Translations under genes and position numbers: made by a program | The notes under the pieces: model-generated | Told to the model about the DNA's origin: nothing | The model's input: only the letters and a program-made list of their open reading frames with translations | Database searches by the model: none | Shown: positions 31,068 through 40,629 of the stretch, piece after piece | How positions within the stretch are numbered: the stretch's first letter is position 1 | Layout: every line of letters begins with the position of its first letter | Assembly: GCA_963675745.2 (NCBI GenBank) | Contig: CAXXWX010000002.1 | Coordinates: 55,374-119,373 of the forward strand | From: Phycisphaerae bacterium | GTDB taxonomy: Bacteria; Planctomycetota; Phycisphaerae; UBA1845; Fen-1342 | Length of the DNA: 64,000 nt | Direction: 5' to 3'

Positions 31068-32489
31068 ATGCTGCTGGACCGCTGGCGCTGCGTGCTCGCC
31101 GCGCTGCTGATCGCGCTGGCGCCCCATGCGCCGGCATTGCTGGCCGGCGACGCGCCCGCCGGCCTGGGCGAGCGTCTCGATGATGCGCTGCGCACCGCGC
31201 CACGCGAGGCCCAGGTCGGGCTTGTCGTGCTCGACGCGGCTGACGGAAGCGTCTGGTTTGCGCGAAACGAGCACACGCCGCTGAAGCCGGCCAGCGTTAT
31301 GAAGCTCTTTGTGACAGCGAGCGCACTCGAACGCCTCGGGCCGGAGTTCACCTTCGAAACAAAGCTGTACATGCATGATCGCGAGCTGTGGGTCATTGGC
31401 GGGGGCGACCCGGGTCTGGCGGACGTGCGGATTGCCACGCGCCGTGGAGGTGATTGGGCGGACGTGCTTGACACCTGGACCGCCGCGATCCGTGCGCGTG
31501 GGGTGACCAGCTTCGACAAGCTAGTGCTGGACGACAGTGTCTTCGACGAAGAGCACCGCCATCCGGACTGGGATCCGGGACAGGCCGACGCCTGGTATCA
31601 GGCCCCCGTGGGCGGTCTGAATATCTGCGACAACTGCGTCGAGATTCGCGTCAGTATCTCGGGGGCGACAGTAAGGACTTACGTTGCTCCCCCGCTGCCG
31701 GCCGAGTTCCTGCGGAGCACCGTTATCGCCGGACAAAAGCACCGGCCGATCCTGAAACGCCCCGCGGCCGGTGACGTGTTCGAATTGCAGGGCACAGTCG
31801 CACGCGATTGTGTGGTGGGGCCGGCGAGTGCGGGACGACCAACGGTCTTTTTCGGACACGTGCTGAAACACGCGCTCCAGACACGCGGTATCAAGGTCAC
31901 CGGCGACGTGGTACGGCGCAAGCTCACGGCCGAGCACGTCGGCGTTGCTACCCACGTAGCCACTCACCGCACATCCATGCGTGACTGCCTCTGGCGCAGC
32001 AACACGTTCAGCCAGAACCTCTTCGCCGAGTGTCTGCTGAAAAGCCTGGCGGCGTACGGCCCTGAAGGCCGGCGCACGGGTACACCGGGATCCTGGCCGG
32101 CCGGAACCGAGATCGTGCGCAAGACGGTGACGTCTCTCGGCGTCAACATGGCCGGCGCCGTGCTCCGTGACGGCAGCGGACTGAGCCACGACAACCGCGT
32201 TACCGCCGAACAGGTGGCACGCCTGCTGCTGGTCATGCGCACACATCGGTGCTGCGATGAGTTTACGACGAGTCTGGCGGAACCCGGCAAAGAAGGCACG
32301 CTGCGGAAGCGCGGGACGGCGGCCTTGACCGGACGGCTTCGGGCAAAAACCGGCACAATCGCCCATGCGCGAGCCCTGGCGGGGTACGTCTATCGCCAGG
32401 ATGGAACCACCGCGGTGTTTGCACTGCTCGTGAACGGCCCGTCACCGTCGGGCTTTCCAATCCGAATCGCCACTATGATCGCCAAGTGA
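31068..32489 (+). CDS. dacB: D-Ala-D-Ala carboxypeptidase/endopeptidase (PBP4, peptidase S13)
   Basis: PASVMK (SxxK), GGGDP, SQN (SxN), DGSGLS, KTG. Confidence 0.93.
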   Translation: MLLDRWRCVLAALLIALAPHAPALLAGDAPAGLGERLDDALRTAPREAQVGLVVLDAADGSVWFARNEHTPLKPASVMKLFVTASALERLGPEFTFETKLYMHDRELWVIGGGDPGLADVRIATRRGGDWADVLDTWTAAIRARGVTSFDKLVLDDSVFDEEHRHPDWDPGQADAWYQAPVGGLNICDNCVEIRVSISGATVRTYVAPPLPAEFLRSTVIAGQKHRPILKRPAAGDVFELQGTVARDCVVGPASAGRPTVFFGHVLKHALQTRGIKVTGDVVRRKLTAEHVGVATHVATHRTSMRDCLWRSNTFSQNLFAECLLKSLAAYGPEGRRTGTPGSWPAGTEIVRKTVTSLGVNMAGAVLRDGSGLSHDNRVTAEQVARLLLVMRTHRCCDEFTTSLAEPGKEGTLRKRGTAALTGRLRAKTGTIAHARALAGYVYRQDGTTAVFALLVNGPSPSGFPIRIATMIAK

Positions 32490-32622
32490 GACTCGCCGCC
32501 CGGGGACACGCAAGTCGCTTCCCTGGGGTTGTGAAGCGGCGTGGAACGGCGACAATGCGGGACGCCGAACCCGACGGACGGATTCGGCATTTGCTGGAGC
32601 GGATCTGACTCGAGGATGAGCG

Positions 32623-33261
32623 ATGAAACACGGCTGGACGACAGCGGGCCTGGTGGGCCTGGCGATAGGTATGGTTAGCTTCACAGCGTTTTCCACGCTT
32701 CAGGCGCAGGGCACTGCGGGCGGCGCGACCATCGGCGCGGTGGACGTCGTGCGCGTCTTCAATGAATACCAGCGACAGGTCGATTTGAACGGCGAACTGA
32801 CGCAGATTCGCACGCAGCTCGAGGCTGAGAACACTACCCGGCGGCAGAAGCTCGAGATGATGGCCACGGCCCTGGATAACATGGACCCTGAAGATCCGAC
32901 GTTTCCGGGCAAGCGCCAGGAGATTCTCAAGCTCCAGCTCGAGTACAAGAATTGGGCGGACCTGATGCAGGCGCGGTTGGCCGGTGAGGTCAGCATCTGG
33001 TCGGGGCGCGTCTACGAGGAGATTCTGCGCGCGACCGAGGCGATCGCCGACAGCCGTGGTCTGGAAGTCGTCCTGAACATGGACGCCCCCTTCCAGCCGC
33101 TGATGGACAATCCGGATGCAGTCCGCGAGCAGATCAGCAACCGGCGCGTGCTCCATGTCAGACCGTCGGCCAACATCACGGATGCGGTCATCAACACGCT
33201 GAACAGCAAGTACGCCTCCGAACCCAAGAAGATGATGATGGACATCAATATGACGCCCTGA
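32623..33261 (+). CDS. skp: Skp/OmpH periplasmic chaperone
   Basis: Signal peptide, IGAVDV.RVF, coiled coil, NITDAVI; directly before lpxD. Confidence 0.85.
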   Translation: MKHGWTTAGLVGLAIGMVSFTAFSTLQAQGTAGGATIGAVDVVRVFNEYQRQVDLNGELTQIRTQLEAENTTRRQKLEMMATALDNMDPEDPTFPGKRQEILKLQLEYKNWADLMQARLAGEVSIWSGRVYEEILRATEAIADSRGLEVVLNMDAPFQPLMDNPDAVREQISNRRVLHVRPSANITDAVINTLNSKYASEPKKMMMDINMTP

Positions 33262-33286
33262 CGGCCCGGCGAATGAAGAGGACAAC

Positions 33287-34321
33287 ATGGGTCTGAGGCT
33301 TGCAGAAATAGCGGAGCACGTTGCGGGTAAGCTCGAGGGTGACGGGACTCTCGAGGTGCGGGAGGTTGCGCCGCTGGAGAAGGCCGGCCCGCACTCGCTC
33401 GCGTGGCTGGCCAGCGCTGAAATCAAGGCGCGGCTGAGTGGCACCAAAGCCGGTGCCGTTTTGCTGCCGCTGGAGTGCGACGCCCCGCCCGGACCGAGCC
33501 TGATCCGTGTGGCGGACCCGGACGTGGCAATGTGCGAAGTACTGCGTATGCTCGGCCCCTTACCCATCCGCCTGACACCCGGCCGCGCCCCGACGTCCAC
33601 GGTGAGCGCCAGCGCGACGGTTGACGGGGCTGCGGTCAGCTACGGTGCGTACGTGGGCCCCAACGCGGTGGTCGGCCCAGGCACGCAGCTTTATCCAGGT
33701 GTGTTCGTGGGCGCCAATGCGCGCATCGGGCGCGATTGCGTGCTGTGGCCGAACGTGGTCGTGCGCGAAGGCGTGATCATCGGAGATCGCGTCATCATAC
33801 ATCCGAATTCGACCATCGGCGCAGACGGGTTCGGTTATCTTCAACGCGATGGCCGGCACATCAAGATCCCCCAAGTTGGAACGGTGGTTATCGAAGATGA
33901 TGTCGAAATCGGCGCCAATTGCGCAATCGACCGGGCGCGCAGCGGCGAGACTCGAGTTCGTCGCGGCACGAAAATTGATAACCTGGTGCAAATCGGACAC
34001 AATGTGCTGATCGATGAGCACTGCATCATTGTGGCACAGTGTGGTATTTCGGGCTCCGTCACACTGGGACACCACGTGATGCTCGGCGGACAGGTCGGCG
34101 TGGTCGATCATGTACGGATCGGAGACATGGCCCTGATCGGGGCGCGGGGCGTTGCTCGCCGTGATGTGCCCGACGGCGCGCGGCTGGCGGGTGACCCCCC
34201 GTTGAGTATCTTCGAGGACCAGCGGCGAAACGTGCTGGTAAAACGCCTGCCAGACACCGTCAATGAGCTGCGCGAATTGAAAAAGCGAGTGGCCAAGCTT
34301 GAGTCGGCAGCAAACGATTGA
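33287..34321 (+). CDS. lpxD: UDP-3-O-acyl-glucosamine N-acyltransferase
   Basis: Hexapeptide repeats, IGADGFGY, KIPQVG, TKIDNLVQIGHN. Confidence 0.96.
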   Translation: MGLRLAEIAEHVAGKLEGDGTLEVREVAPLEKAGPHSLAWLASAEIKARLSGTKAGAVLLPLECDAPPGPSLIRVADPDVAMCEVLRMLGPLPIRLTPGRAPTSTVSASATVDGAAVSYGAYVGPNAVVGPGTQLYPGVFVGANARIGRDCVLWPNVVVREGVIIGDRVIIHPNSTIGADGFGYLQRDGRHIKIPQVGTVVIEDDVEIGANCAIDRARSGETRVRRGTKIDNLVQIGHNVLIDEHCIIVAQCGISGSVTLGHHVMLGGQVGVVDHVRIGDMALIGARGVARRDVPDGARLAGDPPLSIFEDQRRNVLVKRLPDTVNELRELKKRVAKLESAAND

Positions 34322-35609
34322 CAATGAGGTGGAGGTCTCGGGGCGCGGCCTTTTCACCGGGCACCCGGTGACAATGCGCTTCAAACCGGCCCCGCCGGGC
34401 AGCGGCATTACGTTCATCCGCGCCGATCAGGCCGATCCGGTGCGTATCCCCGCACGGCTCAGTAACCTCACCAAACGCGCGCGCCGCAGCTCTCTCAAAA
34501 ACGGCACTGTTTCGATCGAGACGGTTGAGCATTGCCTGGCCGCGGTGCGCGGGATGTCGATCGACAATCTTGAAATTGAGCTGGACAACATTGAGGTTCC
34601 AGCGGCGGACGGCAGTTCGCTGACGTTCGTTGAAGCCCTCGACCGAGCCGGTCTCTGCGAGCAGACCGCCGAACGCGAGTACTTCAGTATCAAACAGCCG
34701 GTGCGCGTGTCGGAGGGGAACGCCGAAGTGGTGGCCTGGCCGGGTGCGCCCGATCGACTCGAGCTGATCTACGAGCTGGATTACGGCAACGACAGCCCGA
34801 TTGGCCAGCAGATTTACCGCGCCACGCTCGAGCCGGACACTTTCGTGAGCGACATCGCCCCGGCCCGCACGTTTGTCACCGAGCGGGAGGCCCAGCAGTT
34901 GCGTGCCGCCGGCCTCGGACAACATCTGACCTACGACGACATTCTCGTCATCGGCGCGGATGGCCCGATCGAAAACAAGTTCCGCTATCCCGACGAATGT
35001 GTGCGCCACAAGATGCTGGACCTGATCGGCGATCTGATGCTGATGGGCGCTTTTGTCTGCGGCCGCATCTATGCGCGGCGCTCCGGGCACCACCTCAACC
35101 ACGAACTTGTGCGTTTGCTGCTCGAGCAGCACGAAGAAGAGCACTTTCGCGATCAGTTGATTGCGCGGCCCAAGATCGACATTCACCAGGTGCGCCGCAT
35201 TCTGCCGCACCGCTACCCGATGCTGCTGGTTGACCGGGTGGTCACGATCGAAGGTGATCAGCGCGCCGTCGGGATCAAAAACGTCACGATCAACGAACCG
35301 TTCTTCCAGGGACACTACCCGCGCCAGCCGATCATGCCCGGTGTGCTGATCATCGAGGCAATGGCGCAGCTCGGAGGTATCCTGCTCTCGCAGAAGCTCG
35401 AGCACACCGGTAAGGTGGCGGTGCTGCTCAGCCTGGACAAAGTGAAGTTCCGGCGTCCCGTCACGCCGGGTGACCAGTTGGTCCTCGAAGCTCTGGCCGT
35501 GCGCGTCAAGTCGCGCACCGGGCAGGTACGTTGCACGGCTCGCGTGGGTCGTGAACAGGTCGCCGAAGCGGCGATCCGTTTCATGTTGGTGGATGCCGAT
35601 CCGGCCTAA
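34299..35609 (+). CDS. lpxC: Bifunctional LpxC-FabZ fusion
   Basis: TVEHCLAA, DGSS, PARTF, HKMLDLIGD (LpxC); LPHRYPMLLVD, GHYP..PIMPGVLIIEAMAQ (FabZ). Confidence 0.96.
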   Translation: MSRQQTIDNEVEVSGRGLFTGHPVTMRFKPAPPGSGITFIRADQADPVRIPARLSNLTKRARRSSLKNGTVSIETVEHCLAAVRGMSIDNLEIELDNIEVPAADGSSLTFVEALDRAGLCEQTAEREYFSIKQPVRVSEGNAEVVAWPGAPDRLELIYELDYGNDSPIGQQIYRATLEPDTFVSDIAPARTFVTEREAQQLRAAGLGQHLTYDDILVIGADGPIENKFRYPDECVRHKMLDLIGDLMLMGAFVCGRIYARRSGHHLNHELVRLLLEQHEEEHFRDQLIARPKIDIHQVRRILPHRYPMLLVDRVVTIEGDQRAVGIKNVTINEPFFQGHYPRQPIMPGVLIIEAMAQLGGILLSQKLEHTGKVAVLLSLDKVKFRRPVTPGDQLVLEALAVRVKSRTGQVRCTARVGREQVAEAAIRFMLVDADPA

Positions 35610-35620
35610 CCAGGTAGCAG

Positions 35621-36508
35621 ATGAGCTTGATACACCCACAGGCGTATGTTGACCCCCATGCGGAGCTCGGCCGCGACGTCAAGGTCGGCGCTTTTGCCTA
35701 CGTCGGCCCCGGCGTGCAGCTCGGCGACGAGTGCGTGCTGCACGAGCACGTGACGATCAGCGGTCCGGCGCAGATCGGCCCGCGCAACACGTTTTATCCG
35801 CAGTGCGTGATCGGCTCGGCGCCGCAGGACCTCAAGTACAAGGGCGGCGCCACGCGGGTGATCATCGGCAGCGACAACCTCTTTCGCGAGCACGTGACCG
35901 TCCATCGCGGCACCGAGGTCGACCAACAGAGCGGCGGCGCCACGCGCGTCGGTGACCATGGGCTGTTCATGGTCGGCGTTCACATCGCGCACGACACACG
36001 CGTCGATGATCATGTCATTCTCGCCAACTACGTACAGGTCGCCGGCCATGCGCACATTCAGGACCACGTCAACATCGGCGGCGTCAGCGCAATGCACCAC
36101 TTTGTCACAGTGGGCCGCTACGCCTTCGTCGGCGGCATGACCCGGATGACCAGCGACGTGCCGCCCTACATGAAGGTCTCCGGCTACGAAGCGACCGTGC
36201 GGGCGGTGAATTTCGAAGGCATGCGGCGCTGGCATGTCCCCGATGAATCGATCGCCGCCGTGAAAGAGGCATTCCGCCTGTTGTTTGCGCGTCGCTCGCA
36301 ACGCGGCGTCGGGCGCACCGCCGAGGCAATGGCCCGGATCGAGCATGATGGGCTCGGCCGCGACGAGCACGTGTGTTACCTGATTGACTTTCTGAAACGG
36401 CAGATGCACGAGGGGGTCTTCGGCCGCGCACTCGAGCGCCGGCGAACCGATTCGGCCCAGGACCGCGCTGGTTTCTATCGCGGACAGGACTCGGAGCAAG
36501 GCAAATGA
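35621..36508 (+). CDS. lpxA: Acyl-ACP--UDP-N-acetylglucosamine O-acyltransferase
   Basis: PQDLKYKG, RE.VTVHRGT, HIAHD, DVPPY. Confidence 0.96.
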   Translation: MSLIHPQAYVDPHAELGRDVKVGAFAYVGPGVQLGDECVLHEHVTISGPAQIGPRNTFYPQCVIGSAPQDLKYKGGATRVIIGSDNLFREHVTVHRGTEVDQQSGGATRVGDHGLFMVGVHIAHDTRVDDHVILANYVQVAGHAHIQDHVNIGGVSAMHHFVTVGRYAFVGGMTRMTSDVPPYMKVSGYEATVRAVNFEGMRRWHVPDESIAAVKEAFRLLFARRSQRGVGRTAEAMARIEHDGLGRDEHVCYLIDFLKRQMHEGVFGRALERRRTDSAQDRAGFYRGQDSEQGK

Positions 36509-37536
36509 CCACGCCCATGCCAGTGGCGGTAATCGGCGCCGGACACATGGGCCGGCACCATGTTCGCAAATACAGCGAGATGGCGTCCACGCACCTGGTG
36601 GCGGTAATCGACAAGAACCTCGGGCGCGCCAGGGCCCTCGCCGAGCCGCTCGGCGCGCGCTACGCCGAGGAATATACGCCCGAGCTCGGCGATATCGCCG
36701 CGGCGACCGTCGCCGTCCCCACAACCCACCACCTGGCCGTCGCCGGTCCGTTGATCGAACGTGGTATCGGCGTGCTGATTGAGAAACCGCTCGCGCCCAA
36801 CGTCGCCGAGGCGGACCAGATTGTGGCGCTGGCGCGCAAGCACAACGCCACCGTCGCCGTCGGGCACACCGAGCGCTTCAACCCGGCGGTTCAAGCGGTG
36901 CTGCGGCTCGGATTGCGGCCCAAGTTCATCGAATCGCATCGCATCAGCCCCTTTACGTTTCGATCCGCGGATGTGAGTGTCGTGTTCGACATGATGATCC
37001 ACGACATCGACATCGTGCTACACCTGATGCGCCTCGAGAAAGCCACGGCGGTGGATGCGTACGGCGTCAATGTGCTGGCGCCGACGGAGGACATTGCCAA
37101 CGCGCGCGTGACCTTTGATCAGGGCGCGATCGCCAACCTCACCGTTTCACGACTGGCATTGAAGACCGAGCGCAAGCTGCGGGTGTTCTGCCACGACGCC
37201 TACATCTCGCTCGACTATCAGCAGAAGCGCGGCATCGTGATCACCAAGGACCAGAATCTCGATGTGCTGAAGCTGGCGCGCGAGAACAACCTGGACGACC
37301 TCTCGCAGATGGCCGGTCTCGATTTCGGCAAGATGGTGCGCGTCGAGCCGCTGGAAATCGACGACCAGGACGCCCTAAACGCCGAGCTCGAGGCGTTTGT
37401 GGCCAGCGTGCGCGACAAAACCCCCCCGCCGGTGACGGTTGAAGATGGTGCCCAGGCGGTTCGGCTGGCGGAACAGATTGTGTCGTCGATTCGCGCCCAC
37501 CGCTGGGGTGGCGAAGCCGAACAGGGAATCGGTTAA
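36505..37536 (+). CDS. Gfo/Idh/MocA oxidoreductase, probable UDP-GlcNAc 3-dehydrogenase (GnnA-like)
   Basis: GAGHMG, EKPL, GHTERFNP, DMMIHDID; ATGA-coupled to lpxA. Confidence 0.85.
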   Translation: MTTPMPVAVIGAGHMGRHHVRKYSEMASTHLVAVIDKNLGRARALAEPLGARYAEEYTPELGDIAAATVAVPTTHHLAVAGPLIERGIGVLIEKPLAPNVAEADQIVALARKHNATVAVGHTERFNPAVQAVLRLGLRPKFIESHRISPFTFRSADVSVVFDMMIHDIDIVLHLMRLEKATAVDAYGVNVLAPTEDIANARVTFDQGAIANLTVSRLALKTERKLRVFCHDAYISLDYQQKRGIVITKDQNLDVLKLARENNLDDLSQMAGLDFGKMVRVEPLEIDDQDALNAELEAFVASVRDKTPPPVTVEDGAQAVRLAEQIVSSIRAHRWGGEAEQGIG

Positions 37537-37618
37537 CGCCGCACCAATCGCGCGCTGCGGGGAAGACGGCCCCGCGAGCCGGCGCGTGCAAGCGAGTCCG
37601 GGAGGCGCGCGTTGGCGT

Positions 37619-37996
37619 CTAGGTCTCGGTGGTGCTGATGCCGATCTCGAAAGCCCCCGTCAACACGCGACGACTATGATGCACCGTTCCGCTGATGGAG
37701 CAGGGCTCGGCGTCAAACCGCGGGATTACAGCCTCCACCCGCGCCCCGATCGGTATCGCCATCGCAACCTGCAACGCGATTCCGCGCGGTGAGATGTTGA
37801 CCGTGTGGCCCAGCTTGGCCACCCATGTCCCCTCAGCGGGATCAAAAACACGTACGCGACACGGCAGGCGATGCGGCGCCCGCGGCTCGCGGCGCTTGCA
37901 CCGCTGACGAAACTCGCCCCTGTCGCCGCCGGCGTGCGTGTCGTGCCTGACCGCGGCGGGCGATTGCTCGGAAGCAACGTTGGGCAGCTCGTTCAT
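37619..37996 (-). CDS. Stand-alone PilZ domain protein (c-di-GMP receptor)
   Basis: RREPR (RxxxR) and NISPRG ([D/N]xSxxG). Confidence 0.82.
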   Translation of the reverse strand: MNELPNVASEQSPAAVRHDTHAGGDRGEFRQRCKRREPRAPHRLPCRVRVFDPAEGTWVAKLGHTVNISPRGIALQVAMAIPIGARVEAVIPRFDAEPCSISGTVHHSRRVLTGAFEIGISTTET

Positions 37997-38188
37997 GCGG
38001 TTCTCTCCCAAAATCGACGCGGCGCGCGGCCAATTTATGCGCGGACATCGTCCGCTGTCTTCACCTATCGACAATCGCACCGGAAAAACTGAGCGGAATC
38101 GTGTGAAGCCGGCCCCTTGCGCGCAGGCTACACCAACGGGAATGGGTGGCAGTACGACGGACTCACCGTCGCGCCGCTCTGATCGGCG

Positions 38189-40213
38189 TTACTCCTCGAC
38201 GGCCGGCGCCGGCAGTAAATCGGCCATCCCCCGCAGAGCTGCCGCCGCCTGTTCCTGACGCACCAGAAGACGTATCTGATCCGCGTCTTCGTAGGTTCTG
38301 ATCACCAGCGGGGGAATCGCACCGTTGTCGGCGGGGTTTATCGGCGTTGCACGGTGATTGGTGCCAAGCCAGTGGCCAACCCGCAGCCGCAAATACTTGC
38401 TGATGCCGTCATCGGCGCTGACGCGCAACAGGGGCGGCTCTTGGTTGACGCGTCTGAGGTACTCGACCACGGAATCGACACCCGCACCGACGATGATGCG
38501 CGACCCGCGGATCTGAAACGCCACGCCAATGCGCGAGGCGGGTATGGCCAGCCAACCAACGTCGCCGACCGGTGTCGGCACCTGCCGCACCGGCAGCGGC
38601 TGATTCTCCAGGCCCCCAAAAAGCCAGTGCCCCACGCCCTGCTCGAGTTGGCGCAGCCAGTGGTCGGCCCGGTCTACTTCGATCACAAGCACCCACTGTC
38701 TCCAGGCCTGCGGCCCCGACGCGATGGAAGGCGGCCCGACCAACACCAATGATCGCACGGCGCTGCAAACATCGCTGGCCAGGTGTAGTTGCGTTTTCTG
38801 CTCGATCAGGCGAAAGAGCGCAAGCAGTTCAGCTTCGGGTGTGCGCGAGGGTTGCGTGCTTGCCAGGCGTTGCTCGTACAACACCTGCGCCGCGCTGAGC
38901 TCTTCCAGGAACTGCTCGAAATCCAGCCAGCGCTGCTGGCCGGGAGTCAGCGCCGTAACGAACACGAGTGATGCGTCGGTGGGCACCCAGCGTTGCCAGC
39001 CGGGCCGCAGTGGCGGCGTCAGCGCCAGGCGAGCGAGTACGCTGCGCGCGCTATCCACGTCGGCGACAATCTCGAGATCCAGCCCTTCGTCGCGCAGGGC
39101 AAGTGATGCGAAGACCGGACCGACTTCGCGTAAAGCCAGGGCATCGGCCGTAAGCACCCACCCGGCACGCTCCTGCTCCGGGGCGCGGAGGATTATATGA
39201 TTGACGATGCTGGCCACATCCGCATAAAGCGACAGGGCATCCGCCGGCGGCCAATCGGCCGGGTGTTGCTTGAAACGGTCCTCACTAGATAGCGTGCCGC
39301 CGACCAGCTCCCCGCGATGACGCAGCACCGTGTCGCCCACCTCGTCCGGGCGTGTGCAGATGACAAACAGGCCGTCATCGACTTCGAGATGCTCGCGCAG
39401 ATCAAACGTGGCGGGGACAAACGGCTGCATGCCCTCGATGTTGAGATCGGGGGTGAGCAGGGTCGTCGCAACCCCCTCCAGGAACCCCGCCGTCGCGGCG
39501 CCACCCCCGGTGTACAAAACCAGCGCCATCTCCTCGGGCAAGTCGGTGTCGCCTTCGCCGCCGGCAATACGCGAGTAGTGCCAACCCACGCCCAACCCGT
39601 CGAGCTTGGCCAGCTCGGCCTGCACGGTCTCGTTCCAGAATACTCGTGTGTCAATGCCAAAGGAGTGCCGCAACGGCGCGAGCAAGCGCTCACGGACGAT
39701 CTCATCCAGGTCGGCGTCATGCAGCAGCGCGAGCACACGCTCCAGAAACACTCCGCATTGCGGCGCCTCCAGGTAGATGAGCGTGTCGGCGGCGAGCAGC
39801 CGTGAGGGGTCCGCTCGCGGAATGCGGGCCAACTCGTGCTCCACTCGCTGGCGAATCGTCGGCGACAGCCCCGCGTCCAGCAGCAGGCCTGTCAGCAGCG
39901 CACGCGCTTCGGCCGGCTTGTTCAGACGGCGGCGGCAACGCGCCAGACGCCACGTCGCCTGAGTGCGCTCGTCGGGGGTAGCACGTGGATCGTCGAGTAC
40001 ACGTTGGTAGCCTTCGCCGGCGCGCACCGGAAGGCGCAGAAATTCATCAACGTAAACCGCTTCGGCCAATGTCGCCGCCGAGGGCCGCACATAGGCGGGC
40101 AGCGTTTGCTGAGCATCCGACGTGCCTGCTTGCACCGCGGCGCTTGACACCGCACCGCCCAGCAGAATCACGCCGATTGCCAGCATACCACATCTGGTGC
40201 CCATCGGGCTCAT
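38189..40213 (-). CDS. Exported hypothetical protein (TPR-like helices followed by a DUF3352-like region)
   Basis: Signal peptide; ADTLIYL, LSLYADV, VPTDA, IIVG beta motifs. Confidence 0.65.
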   Translation of the reverse strand: MSPMGTRCGMLAIGVILLGGAVSSAAVQAGTSDAQQTLPAYVRPSAATLAEAVYVDEFLRLPVRAGEGYQRVLDDPRATPDERTQATWRLARCRRRLNKPAEARALLTGLLLDAGLSPTIRQRVEHELARIPRADPSRLLAADTLIYLEAPQCGVFLERVLALLHDADLDEIVRERLLAPLRHSFGIDTRVFWNETVQAELAKLDGLGVGWHYSRIAGGEGDTDLPEEMALVLYTGGGAATAGFLEGVATTLLTPDLNIEGMQPFVPATFDLREHLEVDDGLFVICTRPDEVGDTVLRHRGELVGGTLSSEDRFKQHPADWPPADALSLYADVASIVNHIILRAPEQERAGWVLTADALALREVGPVFASLALRDEGLDLEIVADVDSARSVLARLALTPPLRPGWQRWVPTDASLVFVTALTPGQQRWLDFEQFLEELSAAQVLYEQRLASTQPSRTPEAELLALFRLIEQKTQLHLASDVCSAVRSLVLVGPPSIASGPQAWRQWVLVIEVDRADHWLRQLEQGVGHWLFGGLENQPLPVRQVPTPVGDVGWLAIPASRIGVAFQIRGSRIIVGAGVDSVVEYLRRVNQEPPLLRVSADDGISKYLRLRVGHWLGTNHRATPINPADNGAIPPLVIRTYEDADQIRLLVRQEQAAAALRGMADLLPAPAVEE

Positions 40214-40479
40214 CGGTTCGTGGGAACATCGCCACCGAGCGCCTCGATCTCGGTGCGCGGGTCAACAACAACCGTGGTGAGTTCGCCGTCATCCTTCTGG
40301 ACACAGACGCGCCGCAGCCAGAGAAAGGCGTCTTTGGAATGAGCGTACCAGCTTCCCGTCTTCTGGGAGGTGGACGACACGACCGTGCCGACAACATCCG
40401 TCCGCAGATCGCCTTCGCGACGGCGGATAGTCTGGAGGATTCGGACTCGCTGCCCGGGTTTTAATTCGTCCGCGTTCAT
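40210..40479 (-). CDS. Small hypothetical beta-rich protein
   Basis: LKPGQRVRI...KTGSWYAH..D..LWL.R...KDDGELT; ATGA-coupled to the downstream gene. Confidence 0.72.
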   Translation of the reverse strand: MNADELKPGQRVRILQTIRRREGDLRTDVVGTVVSSTSQKTGSWYAHSKDAFLWLRRVCVQKDDGELTTVVVDPRTEIEALGGDVPTNR

Positions 40480-40629
40480 GGTGTCGATCCGTGCAGTTGG
40501 CTGTGCCGCGCGGCGGGTCAACCGCCTGCCGGCTGAGCCGCTCCATGTGACCGTAACGGTAACCGGACGGGGGCGGATGGTCCAGATCACCAGCGGCCGG
40601 CTGTGCCCGGCGGCGCTGGTGTCCGCGCA

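Noticed and set aside
34299..35609. LpxC-FabZ fusion, and dacB in a planctomycete, as novelties
   Set aside because: The fusion is known from several phyla, and peptidoglycan in planctomycetes is established.
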